DNA of 64,000 nucleotides from a virus (Duplodnaviria; Heunggongvirae; Uroviricota; Caudoviricetes). The position numbers were made by a program, and so were the translations under genes. Every line of letters starts with the position of its first letter. Position 1 is the stretch's first letter. The stretch is from the IMG/VR virus record IMGVR_UViG_3300032893_000003, positions 78,633 through 142,632 of that record. One strand, written 5' to 3'. Below, piece by piece: positions 35,861-44,711 of this stretch. The notes under the pieces are model-generated. The model worked only from the letters and a program-made list of their open reading frames with translations, was not told the DNA's origin and did no database searches.

Positions 35861-36182
35861 GAGGCATCTCCACGACTTGCTTCATAAGCTGTTCATAAGG
35901 GGCTAAATCTTTATGCAAATGCTCTGGCAGGTTTTTCCTCGCCAACTGAAATAGATCACAAAATGCGCGATAAAGTGTAGGAGCCGCAATCACGATGTTC
36001 CCGCGTGAACGGATAGTGCCGTAATTAAGGCCATGGATGTCGGCGACGCGCCCGCCTGTTTCGCGATCGATCACACAGGCCGATGTCCCACTCTTAACTT
36101 CCAGTCTCCAGTCAAATTCGATAGGCTTAGGTTTTGATGGCTGGTTTAGCAAAGGCTTCCAGTTTACGTTTGTCTCCGCCAT
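35853..36182 (-). CDS. hypothetical protein
   Basis: The tool ORF extends to 36257 through the promoter motif. The ATG at 36182 (MAETNVNW...) has a GAAGGAG RBS. Confidence 0.5.
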   Translation of the reverse strand: MAETNVNWKPLLNQPSKPKPIEFDWRLEVKSGTSACVIDRETGGRVADIHGLNYGTIRSRGNIVIAAPTLYRAFCDLFQLARKNLPEHLHKDLAPYEQLMKQVVEMPHG

Positions 36183-36207
36183 TTGTTGCTCCTTCGTTTT
36201 GTAAAAT

Positions 36208-36228
36208 AATAGGAAAAAATTTCCTATT
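36208..36228. promoter_or_regulatory. palindromic motif copy A (AATAGGAAA-AAA-TTTCCTATT) in the promoter region of the 35853-36182 gene
   Basis: Perfect 9-bp inverted arms. Read on the minus strand it gives TTTTTTCCTATTATTTTAC, containing a TATTAT -10-like hexamer. Confidence 0.55.
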
Positions 36229-36268
36229 TGTCTTTGACTATTACGCTTATGACGCAAATAAGCTAAAT

Positions 36269-37084
36269 TTAGCTTTCAAGTTTTGGCTGAAGTGCGTTGT
36301 AAATAAACTTCTGCTCCTTACAAAGCATCTCTTCGCTGACGTATGTCATAAATAAAAACGTAGCCCGCGCTTCTGGCTCCTTGATCTCTCTTAACGGCCC
36401 CTGCCCTTCAATATGGAAATTACCGCCATTAAAATCAAGCTCGGGCGGCAACATTTTGTAGGCATAGAATGACCCCAAGCACAGACCGCCCATGGCTGCC
36501 AGATAAGCCTGATTTGTTTTGTTAAAGGCGTAAAGGCAGCTGCCTGGCTGATCAAACCGTCGATCGAGAAACCGAAGGAGCCTGAAAACCCCAACCATCC
36601 TTGCCGCGTGGTCGTTATTTTTAAGACCCCTTTGCAGGAACCGATCAAAGAAATGGGCTGTAAAAATAAAAATAACCGGCCGCGGCACGGCTTGCCTGAC
36701 GATGTAGACATACCCTTTCGGAGTTTCAAAGTAGTTCGCCACGCTGTAACTAAACCCGATGCGCTTCCTGTTTGCCGCGTTGATCGTAATGAAAAGTGTC
36801 GTCTTCTTCAAAGCTGACTGATGAAGTATGGTTTTCCCATCAAGCTTAGCCAGTAACTTTTTAGAATAAATCTTCCGGTGACCGCCCCTTCTAAACTCTT
36901 TTTCTATCGTTTCGGCTGAAAGCTTTTCGATATCCGAAACTGGAATAAATTCATCCCGCTGAACGCGATCCCTGAAGTTCTCTAAAATCTCGTCAACCTC
37001 AGGACCGCGCTTTTCAACAGGCTGTCCTTCCAACCATTTAAAAATTTCGTCTGGCATCTTGTTCGTGACTTCGACCATAGCCAT
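36269..37084 (-). CDS. hypothetical protein (271 aa)
   Basis: Intact ORF with no confident domain. Confidence 0.5.
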   Translation of the reverse strand: MAMVEVTNKMPDEIFKWLEGQPVEKRGPEVDEILENFRDRVQRDEFIPVSDIEKLSAETIEKEFRRGGHRKIYSKKLLAKLDGKTILHQSALKKTTLFITINAANRKRIGFSYSVANYFETPKGYVYIVRQAVPRPVIFIFTAHFFDRFLQRGLKNNDHAARMVGVFRLLRFLDRRFDQPGSCLYAFNKTNQAYLAAMGGLCLGSFYAYKMLPPELDFNGGNFHIEGQGPLREIKEPEARATFLFMTYVSEEMLCKEQKFIYNALQPKLES

Positions 37085-37367
37085 CTAAATCCTCCGTTGT
37101 TGCAGGCACGAGCTTAAATAGCGGCGTGACCCCTGCCTCTACACACATCCTCTTAGCTTGCTCATTGAGATAGAGATAAACAAGCATCTCCGGTTGTATC
37201 CGCACAGCATCAGCCCAGGCTACTAAAAATTTCCCAGGAATTGGTTTAATACTTAGCTCCACCGCATCCACTGTGCGCACATCACATCCCACAACTCTCG
37301 CTAAACTTTCATTTGTATGCCCAACACTCTGGCGCAGTTGGCGCGCGACAAGTCCGAACCCTTTCAT
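37038..37367 (-). CDS. XRE-family helix-turn-helix transcriptional regulator
   Basis: The N-terminal LRQSVGHTNESLARVVGCDVRTVDAVE fits an HTH_XRE domain. A palindromic operator lies immediately upstream. Confidence 0.6.
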   Translation of the reverse strand: MKGFGLVARQLRQSVGHTNESLARVVGCDVRTVDAVELSIKPIPGKFLVAWADAVRIQPEMLVYLYLNEQAKRMCVEAGVTPLFKLVPATTEDLDGYGRSHEQDARRNF

Positions 37368-37381
37368 AAGTACCTCCCAAA

Positions 37382-37417
37382 TACTAATTGCTACTAATTA
37401 CTACTAACGTTAGTAGT
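37382..37417. promoter_or_regulatory. operator-like array: two direct TACTAATT repeats followed by the perfect 18-bp palindrome ACTACTAACGTTAGTAGT
   Basis: The sequence TACTAATTgcTACTAATTACTACTAACGTTAGTAGT sits 15-35 nt upstream of the XRE regulator start. A GTGGCAC-N5-GTGGCAC direct repeat lies further upstream near 37466-37485. Confidence 0.55.
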
Positions 37418-37535
37418 TACTGAACTTATGACAGGATTTAAAAGATTTAAGAATGGATGGGCGGTGGCACCTTCCGTGGCACAATCCAACCGCGCCCGAA
37501 ACTATTTTAGCTACGTTCACGTAAATCACAAAGAT

Positions 37536-38000
37536 TTAATTTAGTAACCGCTTTTCAAAGTTACTTTCGACGACCTGGTTTGTTTCTGTGTTGACTCGAC
37601 ACGTGAAGTAGTACGTGTCTGTACTCACCGCAAACACAAAACGCTTGATTTTTAGAACGCAGTCCCAAAAGTTATCGATGATTTCTTTATCAGCCGCGAG
37701 CTCGTACGAAAAGGTTTCCGTATCCTCATAAGAGGACTGCTCATCACTTGGAGGCAAGAACAAATAAAGCTGAAGCCTCGCTTCCGCTAGCTCGTCGCGA
37801 TCAAGGACCCCTCCATCGATCTTGATGAGATCTTCTTCTGGGGGATAGTCCTCGCAGCCAATATAAACGGCCGTGACGGTAGGAGATTGGTTCTTAAAGT
37901 TTCCGTCTTCGACAGGCGAGAGGACGAAATATTTGGGCTTAGGAAGCGCCTGCTCCCCTTCATTAGGGTCATTTGGCTTATTCCCCTCGTCTGTGCTCAT
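37536..38000 (-). CDS. hypothetical acidic protein
   Basis: The N-terminal 33 codons of the tool ORF (37536-38099) are Arg-rich read-through. I used the ATG at 38000 (MSTDEGNK...). Confidence 0.45.
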   Translation of the reverse strand: MSTDEGNKPNDPNEGEQALPKPKYFVLSPVEDGNFKNQSPTVTAVYIGCEDYPPEEDLIKIDGGVLDRDELAEARLQLYLFLPPSDEQSSYEDTETFSYELAADKEIIDNFWDCVLKIKRFVFAVSTDTYYFTCRVNTETNQVVESNFEKRLLN

Positions 38001-38734
38001 GCCCCTCCTGACGCGGCGCTCACGCCCGTTTTTGACATCGAGAACACCGTTCCTGTCACCTGATCGAAGTTTACGTAAACTAGGTCTCCTTCTTTCCATG
38101 GATCCGCCTGTCTCTGGGAACTAATAAGCCATGTGTAGAGAACGCCGCTGCGGCACATGGCTACAAGGCGGCCAGGGAGTTTGAAAATAAGGGTTGCCTC
38201 AACCGTTGCCGGCTCGGCCTGCCCACCGCCATCACGATTAAAAGGTTTTCTCAAAAATAATTCCCCATGTCTAATTTTCAGGGGGCTGCCGATTTTACGT
38301 CAAACTATGAAAGGTCTGGGAAGACTTTATAAAAGCGCTATCCATAAGCAAAAGTTTTTAAGCCGCGGAGTGACGTGTAAATGTCAATACTTCCTAAAAC
38401 ATAAAGGAACCCATGGAAAAAATTAATTTCACAAGAATGGGGGTAGATATATATTTGTGTTTTTAATTTCATTACGCACACAGTATATTATATAAAAATG
38501 GTATGACATTGATGACACTCACCGCGTTATTTGTATACACGAGCTTTATCAACATCTTGACGCAATAGGTGCCACTTTTATCAGCATAAAAAACGTCTAC
38601 TTTGTAAGCTATTCAGTGCGTCAATTTCTAGTGATTTTGTTTAGACGCGCCATAGTTAAATTGACGCGTTAGGTTACGGTGACAAAAATTGTCACTTTTT
38701 ATACGGAGCATTACGTGCTAGACTAGGTGCATCC

Positions 38735-38773
38735 AAAAAATGTCAGCGGTTTGTGTAAGCCAAACCGCTGACA
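38735..38773 (-). terminator. rho-independent terminator in the AT-rich strand-switch region
   Basis: The 13-bp perfect stem TGTCAGCGGTTTG/CAAACCGCTGACA with a 7-nt loop is followed on the minus strand by TTTTTTGG. Confidence 0.6.
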
Positions 38774-38936
38774 GAATAGATAACGTCTGCTTATACATCG
38801 GCGCGTTAAACGACATATTAAAATTCGGCAAAATTTTCGTTATATCGGCTCGACATATCGAAAATGCGCGACTGTTTCAACCGTTGCGCCATGTCGCAAT
38901 TTTAATGTAAAATGATAATTGCGGAGGTGTATCGAA

Positions 38937-39173
38937 ATGATGACTAACTCTATTCAATACAAGAAGCCTTTGTTGAAGCAGGGCGGCATTATATCCACCC
39001 AAGCAGATGGCGTAGTGTGTCTAGATATGTCTGGGACAATGTCCTACATGATCGACACGTCGGACGACAACGGGCAAGTTTGCTACTTCCAAAATCCCGG
39101 GGTCGGCGAAGACACAACTATGACCACGCTGTATGCCCAAGCAAAGGCGGCTTATCCAGCGTTATTTATTTAA
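38937..39173 (+). CDS. hypothetical small protein
   Basis: The RBS GCGGAGGTG sits 6 nt before ATGATG. The tool ORF 38919-39173 is in the same frame. Confidence 0.45.
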   Translation: MMTNSIQYKKPLLKQGGIISTQADGVVCLDMSGTMSYMIDTSDDNGQVCYFQNPGVGEDTTMTTLYAQAKAAYPALFI

Positions 39174-40148
39174 TAACGAATTGGGGTAAATGCTAAGATC
39201 CCTAACGCGGTTATCCGCTTCGCGCCTTATTCCCTTAAAAATTTTATTCAGATAACTGTCAGTCGCCTGTTTAAGAGAATAATAGGTACGGTGAGTTCTG
39301 TCTGAATAAAGCTGCCAGTTATTAAAAACAAGTGAGAGCTTTGCGTAAAGCTCTCTGGCATCAATCCCGCATCCAAGACGTAAGAGCTCAAGCCCGTATT
39401 TATCGTTGTCGTCCATGAGAGGGTTTGCGCGTACCAGCCCATCATTAGCGGGAGAGTAGATCGCAGGAATCCCCCGGGCCCAGGCTTCTTGAATGGTGTT
39501 TGAATAGCACTCAATATGTGAGAGGTGGATAACGACTGAGCAACGCCCCAGAATCTGTAAGAAGTCTTTGTGCTCTTGATTTGTAAAGGCAGGTGCTATG
39601 ATCTCGCAGTTTTTATGCGAAGCCGCAAAATCTCTAGCTACCTCAATAGCGCCATAAGTATTTTTAAAGACATTGTTTGTCCCGCCAAAAATCCCAATTA
39701 CAAATTTATCATCCTTTTTCTTCTGCGGCTGGACGGCAAAAGCGTGGGGAACAAAGATAGCCGGAATTTTCTTAATGTCGTTAAAATATCTCACAGTCGG
39801 CGGGTGCACAAAGCCTATGAGATCCGTTCCGCCAAGCGATTTTGTATCTAAAAATTGTTGCCAATAAATCTCATCGCAGAACATATTCCCATGAAAAGCA
39901 GTACTATGGTAAACGCTTAAGACAGGGAATTTTCGTTCGATTTTTAATTTAAGTAAAAGCTCTTTATAGCCCTTACTCCAGCCCCCAACAACGAGGATGT
40001 CGGGGTCGAGCGCCAAAAGAGTACGAACGTACTGAATAGTAGCCCCAGGATGCTCGATGTGAGGAAGGGGATAATACTCCGTGCACGTTGCCCGCGTGGC
40101 AATGGAAACGCCTTTAAAATTGGGGTTGGAAATGCCGAGAACCTTCAC
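39162..40148 (-). CDS. glycosyltransferase family 4 (GT-B fold)
   Basis: 328 aa with a C-terminal EX7E-type motif (ECYSNTIQEAWARGIPAIYS). The start is GTG with an AGGAG RBS. Confidence 0.7.
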   Translation of the reverse strand: MKVLGISNPNFKGVSIATRATCTEYYPLPHIEHPGATIQYVRTLLALDPDILVVGGWSKGYKELLLKLKIERKFPVLSVYHSTAFHGNMFCDEIYWQQFLDTKSLGGTDLIGFVHPPTVRYFNDIKKIPAIFVPHAFAVQPQKKKDDKFVIGIFGGTNNVFKNTYGAIEVARDFAASHKNCEIIAPAFTNQEHKDFLQILGRCSVVIHLSHIECYSNTIQEAWARGIPAIYSPANDGLVRANPLMDDNDKYGLELLRLGCGIDARELYAKLSLVFNNWQLYSDRTHRTYYSLKQATDSYLNKIFKGIRREADNRVRDLSIYPNSLLNK

Positions 40149-40160
40149 ACTCTATATCTC

Positions 40161-41123
40161 CTAAAGCGTCTGATAAATATCCAAAAACTTCTGTGTAGTG
40201 ATTGTAGGATGCCAATACTTTTCCATCCACTTCCTACTTCCGTCAGCGACTAACTTAACTCCGTAAGGGTCATGGATGCAAGAGATTAGGAGTCTTCTTA
40301 GTCCATACTTGTCGGCTATTCGCCACGGCAAAACGTCAGCTCCGGTTAGATCTTTAAGGGTTTTAACCTGGAGTTCATCAAGGCCGGCAATGGTCAATAG
40401 ACCCTGGCTTAGCGCTTCAAGCGAACAGAGATGGTATGAACCCGTAATGATCTCGTCGATCGCTATGTGTCCGCGGCCCCTATGTTCCAGGCACTCGGCA
40501 TGAGGCTTATCGAAGATAACTTCTGCCGTGATAAATTTCTTATTTACGAATTCTTGTAAGACAGGCACTGTCTCGTCATAGCCTTTGTCATCCCAGCCAG
40601 GTAATCTGATCCGCGAAGGGGAAAAGATGACTCGAAGCGGGATAGTCCAGTCTCTTTCTATCGGCGTAAGTTCGGGAAGGGTAATATCGATGACATTTGG
40701 GACGACTGTACATTCGGGCCACTGCCTTGGATGATACTGCCCAATAACGAGATGTTTTGCTTTAGCGTCCTTAAGTCCTTCCTCAATGTCCATCCACGTA
40801 GTGGATCTTTGCGAGTGGACTTGCCATACTCTGGCTTTCGCTTTTCCAATCTCCCAGAGATCGGGGTATCTTTTGAATAAGTCTTGTCTTGAATAGAAGT
40901 TATGGAAGTGCCAGATGTCGGCCCACCGCAAGGTATCTCTGATCTCTTCATACGTATTTTTAGTAGTTAACATATCTGATTTGAAAACTCTATTTTCATT
41001 TCTGTCAGATGCCGCGATGTGCCTGGACTGGACCTTGCCCGCTTGGAATTTATTAAGCGCCAGATTTAAGTTCATCGGCGCGCCGGCAATGGGGTTCTCG
41101 GTGATGTGGATGACTTTAATCAT
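40161..41123 (-). CDS. glycosyltransferase, GT-B fold (GT4-like)
   Basis: 320 aa with IAIDEIITGSYHLCSLEALSQGLLTIAG resembling the GT4 sugar-donor-binding region. Confidence 0.6.
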   Translation of the reverse strand: MIKVIHITENPIAGAPMNLNLALNKFQAGKVQSRHIAASDRNENRVFKSDMLTTKNTYEEIRDTLRWADIWHFHNFYSRQDLFKRYPDLWEIGKAKARVWQVHSQRSTTWMDIEEGLKDAKAKHLVIGQYHPRQWPECTVVPNVIDITLPELTPIERDWTIPLRVIFSPSRIRLPGWDDKGYDETVPVLQEFVNKKFITAEVIFDKPHAECLEHRGRGHIAIDEIITGSYHLCSLEALSQGLLTIAGLDELQVKTLKDLTGADVLPWRIADKYGLRRLLISCIHDPYGVKLVADGSRKWMEKYWHPTITTQKFLDIYQTL

Positions 41124-41142
41124 ACGACGCTTCTCTTAAGGG

Positions 41143-41172
41143 TTGACGAGCTAGGAAATTATTTCCTATTAT
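41143..41172 (+). promoter_or_regulatory. sigma70-like promoter (-35 TTGACG, 18-nt spacer, -10 TATTAT) with palindromic motif copy B (AGGAAAT-T-ATTTCCT) in the spacer
   Basis: It lies 38 nt upstream of the first plus-strand gene (the Fis-type HTH at 41210), in a divergent intergenic region. Confidence 0.6.
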
Positions 41173-41209
41173 AAATTCAGTTGTTTAGGAAGATCAAGGA
41201 TATTTAAAA

Positions 41210-41410
41210 ATGGGCTCGACTTTACCACAAGGTACTTTGACACTATCGTCTCCAAAGTCTTTACAGGACGTGGAAAGAGCCTACATTCTTGAGGTATTAG
41301 TTCATTGTAGATGGCGCATCACAGCCACCTGCCGGATACTAAAAATTTCACGAGCAACTCTGTACCGCAAAATTAAACGGTATGGATTTAAAAAGGAAAC
41401 TAACACATGA
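41210..41410 (+). CDS. Fis-type (HTH_8) small DNA-binding protein, paralog 1
   Basis: The C-terminal ILEVLVHCRWRITATCRILKISRATLYRKIKRYGF matches the Fis/NtrC C-terminal HTH (compare [25 protein letters not shown]). Confidence 0.65.
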   Translation: MGSTLPQGTLTLSSPKSLQDVERAYILEVLVHCRWRITATCRILKISRATLYRKIKRYGFKKETNT

Positions 41411-42018
41411 GACACTTTTCGTCAGACTTTCACATTTGGCATACCAATGTTGTCGTAAAATACGGCCGCGGTCATTTCGGCACGATCGAGAACATGAACG
41501 AGTCCTTAATTAAAAACTGGAATGAGCGCGTGAAGCCAGAGGACACAGCCTATATGCTTGGCGACTTCGCTTTAGCCTGGCAGCCCGTGGGGCGCTACAC
41601 TCGCCGCTTAAACGGGAATAAAGAGCTTGTTGCGGGTAATCATGACTATTGTCATCCGGCCTGTAAACAGGCTCGGAAAAAGAATCCTGATCGCCAGTAC
41701 TGGATCAACCGCTACAAAGATCTTGGCTGGTCTAACGTATTTCTAGTCGGCGATATTACGTTAAAAAACGGTATGAGGTTTAAGATGTGTCACTTGCCCT
41801 ACGTTACGGGCGACTCGCATGACGTAAAGCACTTTGAGCACCGCATTGATGATCAGGGGATACCACTTTTATGTGGTCATGTGCACACTGCGTGGAAACA
41901 TCGGTATACGCCGAAAGGAACACTCATGATCAACGTTGGCGTAGATCAATGGAATTATGCGCCGGTATCAGAAGACGAGCTTTGCGAGTACATTAAAACT
42001 TTAGGAGGGCCCAAATGA
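41407..42018 (+). CDS. calcineurin-like metallophosphoesterase
   Basis: Contains SDFHIWH, GDF, VAGNHDY and CGHVHTAW motifs. Confidence 0.7.
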   Translation: MRHFSSDFHIWHTNVVVKYGRGHFGTIENMNESLIKNWNERVKPEDTAYMLGDFALAWQPVGRYTRRLNGNKELVAGNHDYCHPACKQARKKNPDRQYWINRYKDLGWSNVFLVGDITLKNGMRFKMCHLPYVTGDSHDVKHFEHRIDDQGIPLLCGHVHTAWKHRYTPKGTLMINVGVDQWNYAPVSEDELCEYIKTLGGPK

Positions 42019-42362
42019 GCACTGAAAGAGAAGTGTTTAAAAAGATAGATGACTTGGTTAAAAATCATCAGTTCGAAAAGGACAAATACGCTATAGCCGC
42101 CTTCTCTTTAGCGAAGGCAGCGCTGAAGGAAGTAATGCTCGAGCATCCTGAGATCGAGGTGCTTAAAAGTACGGAGAATGGCTTCTACCTCAGGGTTTAT
42201 GTTGATGGTGAATTTAATGGCCCTGCTGGTCTGCACATGACTGGCAAACATGAAAAGCTCGCAAAGTGTTTGGAAGTTTTAGAAGAAAAGCTAAGGATCC
42301 TCGATTATTTACCGAGAAAGATTTTTATCACTCAAGCTGACGCAAGAAGGGAGACCGCATGA
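42015..42362 (+). CDS. hypothetical protein
   Basis: 115 aa with ATGA coupling. Confidence 0.5.
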   Translation: MSTEREVFKKIDDLVKNHQFEKDKYAIAAFSLAKAALKEVMLEHPEIEVLKSTENGFYLRVYVDGEFNGPAGLHMTGKHEKLAKCLEVLEEKLRILDYLPRKIFITQADARRETA

Positions 42363-42446
42363 TTTTAGATTTTATAAGTAACCACTCAGACGAAGTGTGC
42401 GGAATGTTTATCATTATTGTCATCTTAATCTTTATGAGGAACTAAA

Positions 42447-42884
42447 ATGAAAATAGAACAGGTTTACCCAGGAGTCTTTAGAAGTGCCCAACCTGAAGTG
42501 CAAGCCGACTTCGAAGCTGTGTTAAAACTCGGCCAGAGGGTTGTAGTCATAGATCTAGAAAATGAAAGCGGAGAAAGCCCGTGGGAGCAGGCCCAGTGGG
42601 CACAGTTTGCAGCCCGGATAAACTTCCAAAGTTTTCCGATGTCGAGCTTTTGGCCACCATCAGAAGATAAGGTAAAGCAGATATTAGCCACTATTGCTTC
42701 GGCTGTCGCGCAAGGCTTTGTGGTTCTTGTCCACTGTAAGCATGGCCAAGACCGCACTGGACTTATTATAGGAGAGCTTAGGCTCTCGAAAGGCTGGGAC
42801 AAAGACGATGCTTGGGGCGAGATGCTTGATAAGGGATTTCACCCAATTCTTTTGGGGCTTACGATTTATTTCTGGTTACACTAA
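42447..42884 (+). CDS. protein tyrosine/dual-specificity phosphatase (CX5R)
   Basis: Contains VVLVHCKHGQDRTGLIIG, matching the HCxxGxxRT P-loop. Confidence 0.7.
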   Translation: MKIEQVYPGVFRSAQPEVQADFEAVLKLGQRVVVIDLENESGESPWEQAQWAQFAARINFQSFPMSSFWPPSEDKVKQILATIASAVAQGFVVLVHCKHGQDRTGLIIGELRLSKGWDKDDAWGEMLDKGFHPILLGLTIYFWLH

Positions 42885-42899
42885 ATAAAGGAGATTTAT

Positions 42900-43076
42900 A
42901 TGGCTAAAGAAGAAACAACAAAAAGTACGGGGAAGGGTGATACTAAAATCATCACTTGCTCGTGCCATCACGACTATCAGGACGAAAAGTACGGCAAAGG
43001 TCGAAGGCTCTATAACCCTTGTAAAGACGGTAAGGCTCATCGCTGTACCGTATGCGGTACTGAGCGGCTGAATTAA
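42900..43076 (+). CDS. small zinc-ribbon protein (58 aa; below the ORF-track cutoff)
   Basis: RBS AAAGGAG. The translation is MAKEETTKSTGKGDTKIITCSCHHDYQDEKYGKGRRLYNPCKDGKAHRCTVCGTERLN. Confidence 0.45.
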   Translation: MAKEETTKSTGKGDTKIITCSCHHDYQDEKYGKGRRLYNPCKDGKAHRCTVCGTERLN

Positions 43077-43134
43077 TTTTTATTTAGTTTGCTGTATTCG
43101 CTTAGCTGGCGAGTATAGTGAAGAGGAGATTTAA

Positions 43135-43374
43135 ATGGAATCACAATTTGAAGTACCTGTAATGAGGCTGATTCTGGTCATAGGAGCCGTTATCACAGGC
43201 CTCTGGTATCTCTGGCCGGACCCAACTCGCGATATGTGCCACCAAATGGCTGAAGATATGACGCGGTCTATGTATCCGGTGTGTCACGACACTGCAAAAA
43301 TTGTGGATGAACTGACCACGACCTGCGTTGATTATGTCAACGCCAGTCCATTAGGTCATTCGAGGGCGTTCTAA
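43135..43374 (+). CDS. small membrane protein
   Basis: 79 aa with the hydrophobic segment LILVIGAVITGLWYLW. Confidence 0.45.
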   Translation: MESQFEVPVMRLILVIGAVITGLWYLWPDPTRDMCHQMAEDMTRSMYPVCHDTAKIVDELTTTCVDYVNASPLGHSRAF

Positions 43375-43613
43375 TGAGTGATGAAGAATTTTGGAATGCT
43401 ACAGAGCTCGGTCACCTTGAAGAACGGTGCAATGAGCTTAGGACGCTTATGATGAGCCAGCGGCCGTTACGATTTACCATCTGGGGCGATAACGGCGCTG
43501 TTGAAGGAAATTTCTTACCCCACGAAGTTGTTCGGGACTGCATCAGGGTTGAGTTACAGAAGGTCACCGCAAAGATTGTTCGCCTTCGAAAGGAGATAGA
43601 ATGCTCGAAATAA
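43374..43613 (+). CDS. hypothetical protein
   Basis: 79-aa ORF with ATGA coupling. Confidence 0.45.
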   Translation: MSDEEFWNATELGHLEERCNELRTLMMSQRPLRFTIWGDNGAVEGNFLPHEVVRDCIRVELQKVTAKIVRLRKEIECSK

Positions 43614-43716
43614 ATTTTAAACAATTTTCAGTATGGCAACGGATCGCGATTGCTTGGCACATTTTGCTTGGTAGAACGTGCCAGTTCAATGAATCGACAA
43701 CTGCGAACGTTGAATA

Positions 43717-44010
43717 TTGCAAGAGGGACGCATGATAACGGTTCAAGAGATGGAGCCAGAGCGCTGTCCGCGGTGCTCAGGTAAAACGATAGCCGTAGCC
43801 CGTAATATGAAAGGCACAAGGAGCTGTGCTGACTGTCATCTTACTTGGAATCCGTATGTTCGCGTGGAGGACCGTAGTTGGCAGAGAGCCCGCGAGATAA
43901 TATCCCAAATACTTGTGGCCCATGGCAGCAGTATCCCTATTGGGTACATAAACGAACTTAAAACTATATTTGGATTGCCTGGAGGAAATTATGAACATGC
44001 TACCGATTGA
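43717..44010 (+). CDS. zinc-ribbon protein
   Basis: 97 aa with CPRCSGK...CADCH. Confidence 0.45.
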   Translation: MQEGRMITVQEMEPERCPRCSGKTIAVARNMKGTRSCADCHLTWNPYVRVEDRSWQRAREIISQILVAHGSSIPIGYINELKTIFGLPGGNYEHATD

Positions 44011-44242
44011 GTTTGTCCAGGGGGACCAAGGTCCTCACTATACGGACACAATTGAGCTCGCTCTTGAGCGATGTGTGGTTACAGAAAAGGGCACACAAGG
44101 CGGACTTCCCATCGTGGACTTTGTGATGAAAGGTCCTGCTGGTCAGAAGTATATGTTTTGCGTGACAGGCCGAATGATGACAATGCTTGCGGCTGCTATC
44201 AAAGGCGTTAACGTACGTAACCACGGAGTGGCTGAGCCATGA
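43970..44242 (+). CDS. hypothetical protein
   Basis: 90-aa ORF. Confidence 0.45.
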   Translation: MDCLEEIMNMLPIEFVQGDQGPHYTDTIELALERCVVTEKGTQGGLPIVDFVMKGPAGQKYMFCVTGRMMTMLAAAIKGVNVRNHGVAEP

Positions 44243-44481
44243 AGGAGTCTAATATGAGAAAAAACAAAAAAGTTTCAAAAGGCGCTTACGAAAGAGGGTA
44301 CTTGAAAGCCGTTAAGGACTGCGCAATTCTTGCTCGCAGGTGGGCTAAGAACTATCCGATTGATGTGTTTCCTCCACCGAAGGCTGGCGACGAGTCTTCA
44401 TCAGTTAGGGCGGCAGCGCAGATGGCACGACATACGTGCGAAACTTTAGCCATGAAAATGTGGGAGGAGCTAAAACCATGA
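44239..44481 (+). CDS. hypothetical protein
   Basis: 80-aa ORF. Confidence 0.45.
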   Translation: MKESNMRKNKKVSKGAYERGYLKAVKDCAILARRWAKNYPIDVFPPPKAGDESSSVRAAAQMARHTCETLAMKMWEELKP

Positions 44482-44711
44482 GCTACAAAACAGAACTTGA
44501 GCCAGTTTACAGAACCTACACCATTAAAGCTCCGTCGAAGTTACTCCCAAGTGCAGAGCAGGTCCTTGGGAGAATCATCTTTAAAGACAAAGAGTTTTCT
44601 CACTGTGAATTTAAAGGCAAGAATCCTTATTCTCGGGAAGACTGGAAGATGCTTGCTTTTATCGAGAAGTCGATCGGTAAGATCGAAAAGGAGTTAGCAA
44701 ATGGAAAATGA
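44478..44711 (+). CDS. hypothetical protein
   Basis: I used the ATG start (MSYKTELEP...) with ATGA coupling. The tool start at 44436 lies upstream in the same frame. Confidence 0.4.
   Translation: MSYKTELEPVYRTYTIKAPSKLLPSAEQVLGRIIFKDKEFSHCEFKGKNPYSREDWKMLAFIEKSIGKIEKELANGK

Noticed and set aside
37997-38254. 85-aa minus-strand ORF
   Set aside because: It starts only at TTG, has no RBS, and the one nearby in-frame ATG hits a stop within a few codons. It lies in the AT-rich non-coding region, so I did not annotate it.
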